From: a virus
Taxonomy: Duplodnaviria; Caudoviricetes
IMG/VR virus record: IMGVR_UViG_3300032218_000638
Location: 1 to 25,982 of that record
Direction: 5' to 3' (one strand)
Length of the DNA: 25,982 nt
Part shown: positions 19,101 to 25,867 of the stretch, piece by piece
Numbering within the stretch: the stretch's first letter is position 1
How the letters are laid out: each line of letters opens with the position of its first letter
Notes under the pieces: model-generated
Told to the model about the DNA's origin: nothing
Database searches by the model: none
Seen by the model: the letters and a program-made list of their open reading frames with translations, nothing else
Program-made: the position numbers and the translations under genes

Positions 19101-21129
19101 GTACGATACAATGCAAATTTATCCTGGTAGTTATATAAACTCAAACTACTCATTAAGGTCAGACTCTGAAATGAGAGCCCCTATTTATTATGATAGTAAT
19201 GATACTTCTTGGAGATTAGACCCTACGGATTATTCATATGTAAGATATTTTAAAGTAAGAACTTCTGGAACATCATCTGGAACTAGAGCATTATCAATAT
19301 ATTCAGAAGGACAAGGTGAAATAAATTTTGGTTCTTACCCTGGAGCTTGGACATCTGCATTACAAATTCAATCAAATGATAATAACTACTTTATGTGGTT
19401 ATCACCATTGACTGGATATAATGGTAGAATCCAAATGCAAAGTGCTGGTTTAGAAATTTACGCACAAAGTGCCTTCTCTACTGTATTCTACAATAACCAA
19501 TTAAGAACTGGTTATCAATACGATAATGATGATACTACATATTCAATGGATTTGAATACTTCTGGTATTTCATTATTTGCTAGAGGAGCTATCGCAACAA
19601 GACAATATGCACATCCAAACGGAACAGCATGGAATCATCAGATATGGTTAGGTAGATACGACCATTATTTAGGTTCTTATCCTGTTTATGTTCCTGGCGC
19701 AGCATATGGATTGCATGTAATTCAGGATTCTGATGGAGCATTCTTTGGTATGGTTACTAGAGGTAGTTCATCAAACGATTACAACTTAGTAATTGGTTGG
19801 GGTGATGATGCTGGTGATATTATTCAATGGAGATTTAATAATGGTGTTGTAGCACAAATGGATACTGGAGGTCAGTTCTATACACCTATTATGTATGATA
19901 ACAATGATAGTGGATATTACTTAGACCCTAACTCAACTTCTGATTCGGCATTAAGAATTAGAGGTGGTGCATTGCATGGACCTAACCCATCTTGGGGACA
20001 ATATATGTATGTGGGTTCTAATGGTAGACCTAACTCTTGGGGTTCTGCGGTTGTAACCAATGGTAACTTACACTTAGATTGTCAGAACGGATATTCAACA
20101 TATATCAACCACTATTCAGGTAACATTACTTATTTATATGATACACGTCCAAATGTAATTTACGATAGAGATGATACATACTATTACTTAGATATTAATG
20201 GTGGTAATAGATTAAACTATATAACAACTAGAGAACTTACATTTATTGGTACTGGTGGTGATTCTGGAATGGGTGCTTCGGCATACGCTATCTTCCAAGA
20301 AGGTGGTGGATGGGGTTATCCTTATCCGGATTTAAGAATTGCATATCACACAGGTATTAAATTAGGAGCTTACTATGGTTATCAGGGTATAAGAATGTAT
20401 AACAACCACGATATGGGTTCGTTATTATTCGAAGTAGCAAATGGTAACAACTATATGGGTACATATAACTGGAACTATATTCAAACAACAGGTATATACA
20501 CAGGTTATAATGGAGCACACTGGTATCCTAACTACGCATCATCTTATTCAGGATGGAGAAATGATGGTAATAGAAACGGATATTATGGTATGAGTATGAA
20601 CGCAGGTTATACTCCAAACTTAATGTTTGATGGTGGTGGTAATGGTGGTATATATTATGAAGCTGGTAGATGGATGTATTATCACTATTGGCCTTATAAC
20701 TGTATTGGTATCAATACTTCATCAACATCACCTTCATATGGTATGTATTTATCTGGAGGATTGTATGCAACTGGTAACGTTGTAGCTTACTCTGATAGAA
20801 GAAAGAAAAGAGAGATAATTACAATTGAAAACGCATTAGAAAAAGTTTTACAATTAAGAGGAGTTTATTATTATAGAATACCGGATGAGGCACATAATAT
20901 ATCAGGCGAAAATGCTAAAAAGAGACAAACCGGTGTAATTGCACAAGAAACAGTTGATGCATTCCCTGAAGTTGTTACTTATGATGAAGTTAATGATGAG
21001 TTTGGGGTATCTTATGGAAACTTCGCAGGTTTATTTATTGAAACATTTAAAGAACAACAAAATCAAATAAATGAACTTAAAAAAGAAATTGAAAAATTAA
21101 AAGAAATAATATTTAATAATAAACAATAA
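13174..21129 (+). CDS. Giant tail fibre protein 2 with GTS tracts and C-terminal intramolecular chaperone (peptidase S74)
   Basis: 2651 aa. N-terminus is paralogous to fibre 1, then (GTS)n, then eight YDxDDxxYxxDP linkers. Ends with YSDRRKKREIITIENALEKVLQLRGVYY...GVIAQE...FPEVV and a terminal coiled coil (20791-21129). Confidence 0.9.
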   Translation: MKFEGKSPNGINQNSVNSVSLFVSGSPILNASSESVNVVGNFTSSKLQTNVIGTLGGQTLQISSSVNISSSISASLFKGDGSALFNIQASGIGDINQLKSGSAIANISPNLGLQINVNTNVSGNLIVQGRIQTNEFFAQYISSSIIYSSGSNKFGDATNDKQEITGSLSVSGSIGITGDSIPTDNSSQEVLVLNLTTGRIGRKTAAATSGTSGTSGTSGTSGTSGTSGTAGTSGSSGTSGSSGTSGSSGTSGTSGTSGTSGTSGTSGTSGTSGTRGTSGTSGSSGTSGSSGTSGSSGTSGSSGTSGISGSSGTSGLSGTSGTSGTSGSSGTSGTSGSTGSSGTSGVSGSSGTSGTSGTSGTSGSSGTSGSSGTSGTSGISGSSGTSGTSGTSGTSGTSGTSGSSGVSGTTGTSGTSGTSGTSGTSGTSGTSGTSGVTGAGGSYGTSGSGGTSGTSGTSGTSGTSASAGSGGTAGTSGTSGTSGTSGSSGTSGSSGTSGTNGTSGTSGAQGSSGSAGTSGSSGTSGSSGTSGTSGSSGTSGAQGSSGSAGTSGTSGVSGSSGTSGTSGTSGSTGAGYGNVTSTTSATPASTGTITLTTNQQGAFITGDRVRAVNTVSNYFEGTVTITGGTTFAIAADYNFGTTTASSWAISIAGLRGTSGASGTSGTSGTSGTSGTSGVSGSSGTSGSSGTSGSSGTSGVSGSAGTSGTSGTSGTSGTSGTSGTSGTSGTSGSGGSSGTSGSSGTSGSSGTSGSSGTSGVSGSSGTSGTSGTSGTSGTSGTSGVSGSSGTSGTSGTSGTSGTSGTSGTSGTSGTSGTSGTSGTSGTSGTSGTSGTAGTSGLLSLTGTTNNGVITLNGTAPNGKVNANMTFDGTNLLVVGNATITGNITVSGTTTYLNTTNVQTNDNIITLNASATGSGSPVVIDSGFEVKRNGSATRQFLWNEANSRWYSDTDLFVNGILRNTSNVNSTGDAGIAINTGDRLGFNESGVRSWSIKASGGNLNHYSGDNGGIYTFGSGVTINAGNFNVSSGNIVLSGTIDTGQGATEVYLMNQNVRTSDNVTFANITGTGQLTVGNSLTRPASLATLNNYAARIGGSDVYLNIASLDGTYGYQVALQSGRNSDNANFGMLLNPNGGNITVGQYTALGYNLGVAGTGYFGGALTLNSTATFNHNGTLISTPFMTDSIGTNASYGAYIGSNVGGTYYVYGNGAFNNNGTLTRLAIYGYNTSGNLYATQFIDNDNTAYFLNPNSYSQLSRLWIDGGLALQTGTTSTVNSTTILRPGGASYSYNGNVVTGAFKIRLPQGYSSCMMKMRVSIYNYSDGTSWTYLISGYNYGGGYWVNMAASVVGDLSSPAYQVRFGNQGGYCCIWIGETNTSWNYPACIVEEFEATFNNVGIDTWDDGWDISVVTSFGAVDSGRYPRNRSFQYIADNRMDSPIYYDLDDTTYFMDPNSQSRIARMNISAGQVQAVNNAGGRLRISSYTTGTGEIDANTYNIVLGPSATRSGTGYYAGIAINGLLNYSGGTGYDVAPHIWLGAQYRDTPGSERSDFIIAIKSGTGTSGTGTDIPQTRVRVDYTGTMTVQSNLYVPSFYADTYYDNGGTFLFQKGSGAGTTRHINLASGTGDPSNTNGQMNGITWGQRGDNNPYYLLYAKSAYNNGYSTHTRLVMGWHTGVEIGGNASYGGTRFMNDSPGISTTELMSIGAGDSNVRITNTLYVPYISDRDSSAYYWDGNGTSRNNIIEINSYLRQQNDGGTFLVSDVSENNNWLFQENARGWGIFYLNHGSQAGQGFGTYSMVGAETVFAGQGSGVTMPSAWTGYNASSKVTGIMSHYNGYFWTYGEQYSATSMRAPIFYDSDDSGYRVDPTSTSRVSTLAVGQQDPSTRFHVWGNHGDSTLGVSLRAAGNGAGRGEARLQMWVSEPGNTWEWGGFGYNIRNDVNDGSTNRYYFSRINTNFGASYMRFSTDGTIYFYGGGGSTMYDTMQIYPGSYINSNYSLRSDSEMRAPIYYDSNDTSWRLDPTDYSYVRYFKVRTSGTSSGTRALSIYSEGQGEINFGSYPGAWTSALQIQSNDNNYFMWLSPLTGYNGRIQMQSAGLEIYAQSAFSTVFYNNQLRTGYQYDNDDTTYSMDLNTSGISLFARGAIATRQYAHPNGTAWNHQIWLGRYDHYLGSYPVYVPGAAYGLHVIQDSDGAFFGMVTRGSSSNDYNLVIGWGDDAGDIIQWRFNNGVVAQMDTGGQFYTPIMYDNNDSGYYLDPNSTSDSALRIRGGALHGPNPSWGQYMYVGSNGRPNSWGSAVVTNGNLHLDCQNGYSTYINHYSGNITYLYDTRPNVIYDRDDTYYYLDINGGNRLNYITTRELTFIGTGGDSGMGASAYAIFQEGGGWGYPYPDLRIAYHTGIKLGAYYGYQGIRMYNNHDMGSLLFEVANGNNYMGTYNWNYIQTTGIYTGYNGAHWYPNYASSYSGWRNDGNRNGYYGMSMNAGYTPNLMFDGGGNGGIYYEAGRWMYYHYWPYNCIGINTSSTSPSYGMYLSGGLYATGNVVAYSDRRKKREIITIENALEKVLQLRGVYYYRIPDEAHNISGENAKKRQTGVIAQETVDAFPEVVTYDEVNDEFGVSYGNFAGLFIETFKEQQNQINELKKEIEKLKEIIFNNKQ
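13801..15690 (+). repeat. (Gly-Thr-Ser)n tract of fibre 2, split by a ~75-aa globular insert (14905-15129)
   Basis: About 368 + 187 codons of Gly-X-Y. Confidence 0.95.
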
Positions 21130-21132
21130 ACT

Positions 21133-21564
21133 ATGGCACTTTTAAGAGATTACGAATTACCTGGAACTGGATTGGTAGCTGAAAATGCATACCATGTGGT
21201 AACAAACATTACAATTAAAAAAAGAATAAAAGACCATCCAATACCACCAGACCCATCTAGAAAAGATGGATTAACTTTTGTTGATAGAGCAGAAGGTACT
21301 GAAGTACATTGGTCAGCTGGATATGTTGCTGAACTTGGTGTTACTGTTTGGAAAAATAAAGAAGCAAGAGATGCAGGTGCAAAACCAGTTGGATTTATTG
21401 GTATGAACTCATCTGATAATGAACATGGTGTTAGTATTGGTACTGCTGGTATGGACCATAGATGTCAATTTATGTTGGAAGTTCCATCTGAATTAGACCA
21501 TATGGCACAATCATATAGACATTTACTTACAACAGATTATTATGCTGGATGTGTAGAAATTTAA
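21133..21564 (+). CDS. Hypothetical protein, probably fibre-associated
   Basis: 143-aa ORF 3 nt after fibre 2, with genome-typical codon usage. Confidence 0.7.
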   Translation: MALLRDYELPGTGLVAENAYHVVTNITIKKRIKDHPIPPDPSRKDGLTFVDRAEGTEVHWSAGYVAELGVTVWKNKEARDAGAKPVGFIGMNSSDNEHGVSIGTAGMDHRCQFMLEVPSELDHMAQSYRHLLTTDYYAGCVEI

Positions 21565-21572
21565 TAATTTTA

Positions 21573-21581
21573 ATATTTATA
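21573..21581 (+). promoter_or_regulatory. Putative late promoter motif ATATTTATA
   Basis: Recurrent intergenic motif. Confidence 0.5.
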
Positions 21582-21595
21582 TAAAATAAAATAAT

Positions 21596-22000
21596 ATGGC
21601 AATAGTAGATATAGAATGGAAATTGAATTCCTTAAGAAAGCAAAGTATGAAAGGTACTGATATTCACAATGTAATTGTGGGTACTCAATGGCAAGTTACT
21701 GGACAAGATGAAGATGGAAATACAGCAATTTTTAATGGTGCAACTCCATTTAATATTTCTGAAGTAAATACTGGTTCTTTTGTACCTTATGAAGAACTTA
21801 CACAAGAGCAAGTTTTAACTTGGATTAAAGGACAAGTTAGTGGTTCACATGGTTCTGCATATTGGCATCATATTTCTGAAAGAATCCAAGCTGAGATAGA
21901 TTCAACTGTAACATCTCATCAACACGTATTCTCCGATGATATGCCTTGGTCACCAACATCTGGTTCTACAAATTATGTAGCAGATGCCAAACCTGTATAA
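21596..22000 (+). CDS. Conserved-type phage hypothetical protein, possible fibre chaperone
   Basis: W..nsL...V...W..TG.D...FVPYEELTQEQVLTW...PW pattern, which I recall from small genes beside S74 fibres. Confidence 0.7.
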   Translation: MAIVDIEWKLNSLRKQSMKGTDIHNVIVGTQWQVTGQDEDGNTAIFNGATPFNISEVNTGSFVPYEELTQEQVLTWIKGQVSGSHGSAYWHHISERIQAEIDSTVTSHQHVFSDDMPWSPTSGSTNYVADAKPV

Positions 22001-22026
22001 GGATTCATTATAATACAACTTAATTT

Positions 22027-22073
22027 ATATCCAAAACTGTATTTAATAACAAAAATATGGTTTTGGATATTTT
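22027..22073 (+). terminator. Long stem-loop (terminator or RNA processing site) before the sheath gene
   Basis: ATATCCAAAAC (22027-37) pairs with GTTTTGGATAT (22060-70) and extends to 18 bp with two G.U pairs, 8-nt loop, short T run. Confidence 0.6.
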
Positions 22074-22077
22074 CATT

Positions 22078-22086
22078 ATATTTATA
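22078..22086 (+). promoter_or_regulatory. Putative late promoter motif ATATTTATA
   Basis: Directly after the hairpin, upstream of the sheath gene. Confidence 0.55.
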
Positions 22087-22144
22087 TGTGTATTTTTGCA
22101 CCTAAAAACAAATACAAACTTAAAATACAAATCGGATAAATAAA

Positions 22145-24463
22145 ATGGCAGAAAGAATCGTATCACCTGGCGTATTCACAAGAGAAAATGACCTTTCCTT
22201 TTTACAACAAGGAATTGGTGAAATTGGGGCAGCATTTATAGGACCTTTTAAGCAAGGACCTGCATTTGTTCCAACTATTGTGAGAACACAATCAGAGTTC
22301 GAAAATATTTTCGGAACTCCTGATGGAACTTATTATACTGAATATGCAGTACAAAACTATTTAGCAGAAGCTGGAACAGCAACAATCGTAAGAGTAGCTG
22401 GTACTGGTGGCTATACCCAAAAAGCACCTTTAGCAATATTTGCTAGTGGTTCACAAAAACAAAGTTTGGGAACAAAATTAATCGGTATTTTGTATAATAC
22501 TGATAAAGGATACCAAGATTATGGATTTACAGGAGCAAGTATTGTGACTGATTTATATAGAGATGGTTCATTCTTTTTATCAGCATCTGGTGTATTTACA
22601 TCCGCATCAATTTTACCAAAAGATACAAATGATTTAGCAGACGTATTTGGTGAATCTCCATTTGGAGCTAAAAACGCTTACGCTTATAATTACTTTGAAA
22701 CTATTGCTGGTAACTACACTGGTTCAACTACTTCTAATGTTGTAGTAACTGGACAAGCATTACCTTCGCAAGATTATACATATGGTTATTATGCAGCTGA
22801 AACGCCAGTAGTTCAATCTCAATTAATAAGTGGTGTAAGATATAATTTATTTAAGTTTGTAACATTAGGACATGGTGATGTTTATAATACTAAATTTAAA
22901 ATTGGTATTTCAAATGTTAAGGCAGCTGGTGAAGATGGAGCAACTGATTATTCTGTATTTACTGTAACTGTAAGAGGATATAGTGATACTGATAAGAGAA
23001 AAGTTGTAATGGAAACATTCCAAAATGTAAACTTAGACCCTGCTTCTCCTAACTATATAGCTAGAAAAATAGGTGATAGATATATTACAATTGATTCTGA
23101 TGGTAAAATAACTGAGCATGGTGATTATTCAAACAAATCAGCTTATATTAGAGTTGAAGTAATGAATGATGAAGATTTAGCTGGACCTGGTTCTTATCCA
23201 ATTTCAGCAGCACCATTTGGACATGCATCATATACAAACCCTGTATATTGTAACAACAATACTTTAGCAAATCAAATACCTGCAGTAGTTTATCAAACAA
23301 ACTCGATTGGTAATACTTCATCATCTCCAATTTATTATAGTGGTTTTGATTTTACTGAAATGGATAATATGAATTATCTTAAAGCAATACCTCAAAATGC
23401 AGAAACTGGTTCTAACGTAGCATTCGCATTTGATTCTCAATTATCATATGTAATGACAGGTTCAGCATCAACTGATATGGTTAAAAGACAATTTGTATTA
23501 GCATTCCAACAGGGATATGATGGAATGAATCCAACAACAGCAATAAACTTAGGTACTAATATTAACGCAGCTAATACGCAAGGATTTAATTGTTCTACTG
23601 GAACATCAACTGGTACATTAGCATACTATCAAGCAATCAACGCTATATCAAATCCTGATGAATGGGATATCAACTTAGTAGCAACTCCGGGTATCATAAG
23701 AAGTTTACACCCAGCGGTAACTACAAAAGTTATTGATATGGTTGAAGATAGACAAGATTGTTTCTATATCGCTGACTTTAACGCAGCAGGAGATTCAATT
23801 ACTGAAGCAACTGACCAAGCAAATTCAGTAGATTCAAACTATGTAGCAACTTACTATCCTTGGGTTAAAACAATTGATACTAACACAAACAAACTAACAT
23901 CAGTTCCACCATCAGTATTATTACCGGCAGTATTTGCTAGTAACGATAGATTGGCGGCTGAATGGTTCGCACCTGCTGGTTTGAATAGAGGTGGTATCAC
24001 TGGAGCAGTTAGTGTATTAAATAGATTAACGCACGCTGAAAGAGATACTTTATATGAAAATAAAGTAAACCCAATCGCATCATTCCCAGGGCAAGGTATT
24101 GTAGCATTTGGACAAAAGACATTGCAAGATAAGGCATCAGCATTAGATAGAATTAATGTTAGAAGATTACTTATCACAATGAAGAAGTTTATCGCTTCAA
24201 CATCTCGTTACTTAGTATTCGAACAAAATACATCTACAACTCGTAATAGATTCTTAAACACTGTGAACCCTTACTTAGAGAGTGTTCAACAAAGACAAGG
24301 TTTATACGCATTTAGAGTTGTAATGGATGAAACTAACAATACTCCTGATGTAATTGATAGAAACATATTAGCTGGACAAATTTTCTTACAACCTGCTAAG
24401 ACAGCTGAATTCATAGTAATTGATTTCAACATCTTACCAACTGGAGCAAGTTTTAACGCATAA
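22145..24463 (+). CDS. Contractile tail sheath protein (T4 gp18-like)
   Basis: SPGVFTRENDLS N-terminus; YYPWV, PPS, WFAPAGLNRG, LYENKVNPI, GQKTLQ, DRINVRRL, FEQN, VMDETNNTPDVIDRN, LQPAKTAEFI. Confidence 0.97.
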   Translation: MAERIVSPGVFTRENDLSFLQQGIGEIGAAFIGPFKQGPAFVPTIVRTQSEFENIFGTPDGTYYTEYAVQNYLAEAGTATIVRVAGTGGYTQKAPLAIFASGSQKQSLGTKLIGILYNTDKGYQDYGFTGASIVTDLYRDGSFFLSASGVFTSASILPKDTNDLADVFGESPFGAKNAYAYNYFETIAGNYTGSTTSNVVVTGQALPSQDYTYGYYAAETPVVQSQLISGVRYNLFKFVTLGHGDVYNTKFKIGISNVKAAGEDGATDYSVFTVTVRGYSDTDKRKVVMETFQNVNLDPASPNYIARKIGDRYITIDSDGKITEHGDYSNKSAYIRVEVMNDEDLAGPGSYPISAAPFGHASYTNPVYCNNNTLANQIPAVVYQTNSIGNTSSSPIYYSGFDFTEMDNMNYLKAIPQNAETGSNVAFAFDSQLSYVMTGSASTDMVKRQFVLAFQQGYDGMNPTTAINLGTNINAANTQGFNCSTGTSTGTLAYYQAINAISNPDEWDINLVATPGIIRSLHPAVTTKVIDMVEDRQDCFYIADFNAAGDSITEATDQANSVDSNYVATYYPWVKTIDTNTNKLTSVPPSVLLPAVFASNDRLAAEWFAPAGLNRGGITGAVSVLNRLTHAERDTLYENKVNPIASFPGQGIVAFGQKTLQDKASALDRINVRRLLITMKKFIASTSRYLVFEQNTSTTRNRFLNTVNPYLESVQQRQGLYAFRVVMDETNNTPDVIDRNILAGQIFLQPAKTAEFIVIDFNILPTGASFNA

Positions 24464-24483
24464 TACAAAAAAGTAACAAATAG

Positions 24484-24492
24484 ATATTTATT
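24484..24492 (+). promoter_or_regulatory. Putative late promoter motif ATATTTATT
   Basis: Recurrent intergenic motif upstream of the tube gene. Confidence 0.5.
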
Positions 24493-24515
24493 AATATAAA
24501 TTAAAAGGAATAAAA

Positions 24516-25004
24516 ATGGCAGAAATATTAGAGTTTGATAAGATGTTCTATACGAACTTCGAACCAAAGATGAAAAACCGCTTTATTATGGAGTGGGATG
24601 GTGTACCTGGATATATGGTTAAGACAGCAAATAGACCTTCAATTCAATTTGAAAAGGTAACTTTAGACCATATCAACGTGAAAAGACAATTAAAGGGTAA
24701 AGGTGAGTGGCAAGACATTCAAATTTCTCTTTATGACCCAATCGTTCCATCAGCAGCGCAAGCTGTAATGGAGTGGGTTCGTTTATCACATGAATCTATT
24801 ACTGGTAGAGATGGATACGCTGATTTCTACAAAAAAGATATAGATTTATATATGCTAGGTCCTGTTGGTGATAAAGTTGAACAATGGAAAATTAAAGGAG
24901 CATATATCAACCAAGCTCAATTTGGTGAATTAGATTTCTCATCTAACGAACCAGCTATGGTAACTTTAACTCTAACTTACGATTACGCTATTTTAGAATA
25001 CTAA
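24516..25004 (+). CDS. Tail tube protein (T4 gp19-like)
   Basis: Follows the sheath, 162 aa. EPK..NRF, KGK.EW..I...YDPI, YKKDI.L..LGPVGD.VEQW...GA, LTLTYDYA. Confidence 0.93.
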   Translation: MAEILEFDKMFYTNFEPKMKNRFIMEWDGVPGYMVKTANRPSIQFEKVTLDHINVKRQLKGKGEWQDIQISLYDPIVPSAAQAVMEWVRLSHESITGRDGYADFYKKDIDLYMLGPVGDKVEQWKIKGAYINQAQFGELDFSSNEPAMVTLTLTYDYAILEY

Positions 25005-25022
25005 TAAAATAAAACAAAAAAT

Positions 25023-25053
25023 AAAGGGGAAGATAAACACTTCCCCTTTTTTT
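25023..25053 (+). terminator. Intrinsic terminator
   Basis: AAAGGGGAAG / 7-nt loop / CTTCCCCTTT, with T7 at 25047-25053. Confidence 0.9.
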
Positions 25054-25076
25054 ATTTCCAATTTTTTTAAAAGGAT

Positions 25077-25085
25077 GTATTTATA
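25077..25085 (+). promoter_or_regulatory. Putative late promoter motif GTATTTATA
   Basis: Lies between the terminator and the next gene, where transcription would need to restart. Confidence 0.55.
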
Positions 25086-25105
25086 TATACAAAACAATAA
25101 AGTTT

Positions 25106-25867
25106 ATGGCAGAAAAACAATATGATTTTCCAACCGAAGTGTTGGACTTACCATCTAAAGGATTAGTATATCCTAAAGAAAACCCATTATCATCTGGTAG
25201 AATTACTATTAAATTAATGACTGCAAAAGAAGAAGATATTCTTTCCTCTGCAAACCTTATAAAAAAAGGAGTTGTATTGGATAAATTATTTGAATCAATT
25301 GTAGTTGATAATGTTAATATTAATGATATAGTAGTTGGTGATAAAAACGCTATTTTATTAGCAACTCGTTTGTTAGGATATGGACCTGATTATGAATTTG
25401 AATTTTATTCTTCAGAAAAGGGTCAGATAATGCCTGCAAAAATTGATTTATCTAAAATTCAAACAAAAGAAATTGATTTTAGTTTATTTAATAACAAAAA
25501 TGAATTAGAATTTACAACACCATTAGGAAAAAATAAAATTGTATTTAAAATATTAACTCATGGTGATGAAGCAGCAATAGATAAAGATATTCAAGCATTA
25601 CAAAAGTTAAATAAGGATATGTCATTTGATATCACTACTCGTTTAAGATATATGATTAAATCAATAGATGGTAATTCTGATGTATCTACAATTAATAAGT
25701 TTGTTAATTCAATGAGAGCTGGTGATAGTAGAGCATTTAGAGAATATGTAAAGAAAATTTCACCTGATATGGATATGACATTCAAATATACTCATGAAGA
25801 TGGTGAGGTGGAGGAGGCGCCTGTGGCTATGGAAGTTGGGTTTTTTTGGCCTAAGTCGCAATCATAG
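25106..25867 (+). CDS. Baseplate hub / tail assembly chaperone (T4 gp26/gp51-like)
   Basis: LPSKG..Y, MTAKEEDIL, GDKNAILLATR..GYG, DSRAFR, ending FFWP. Occupies the chaperone slot after the tube gene. Confidence 0.8.
   Translation: MAEKQYDFPTEVLDLPSKGLVYPKENPLSSGRITIKLMTAKEEDILSSANLIKKGVVLDKLFESIVVDNVNINDIVVGDKNAILLATRLLGYGPDYEFEFYSSEKGQIMPAKIDLSKIQTKEIDFSLFNNKNELEFTTPLGKNKIVFKILTHGDEAAIDKDIQALQKLNKDMSFDITTRLRYMIKSIDGNSDVSTINKFVNSMRAGDSRAFREYVKKISPDMDMTFKYTHEDGEVEEAPVAMEVGFFWPKSQS

Noticed and set aside
22089-22131. Weak hairpin TGTATTT/AAATACA and AAATACAAA direct repeat in the sheath leader
   Set aside because: Short and AT-rich, so not distinguishable from chance without homologues.
2553-25785. 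Short minus-strand ORFs opposite real genes (2553, 4368, 6884, 11713, 13209, 16877, 18907, 23148, 23854, 24286, 25591)
   Set aside because: They overlap well-supported + strand genes and have no recognisable motifs.
22145-25867. Bacterial contractile injection system (eCIS/T6SS/tailocin)
   Set aside because: The single sheath/tube pair with T4-like motifs, gp26-like gene, S74 fibre and GATC avoidance fits a lytic phage better, though no capsid gene is in view.
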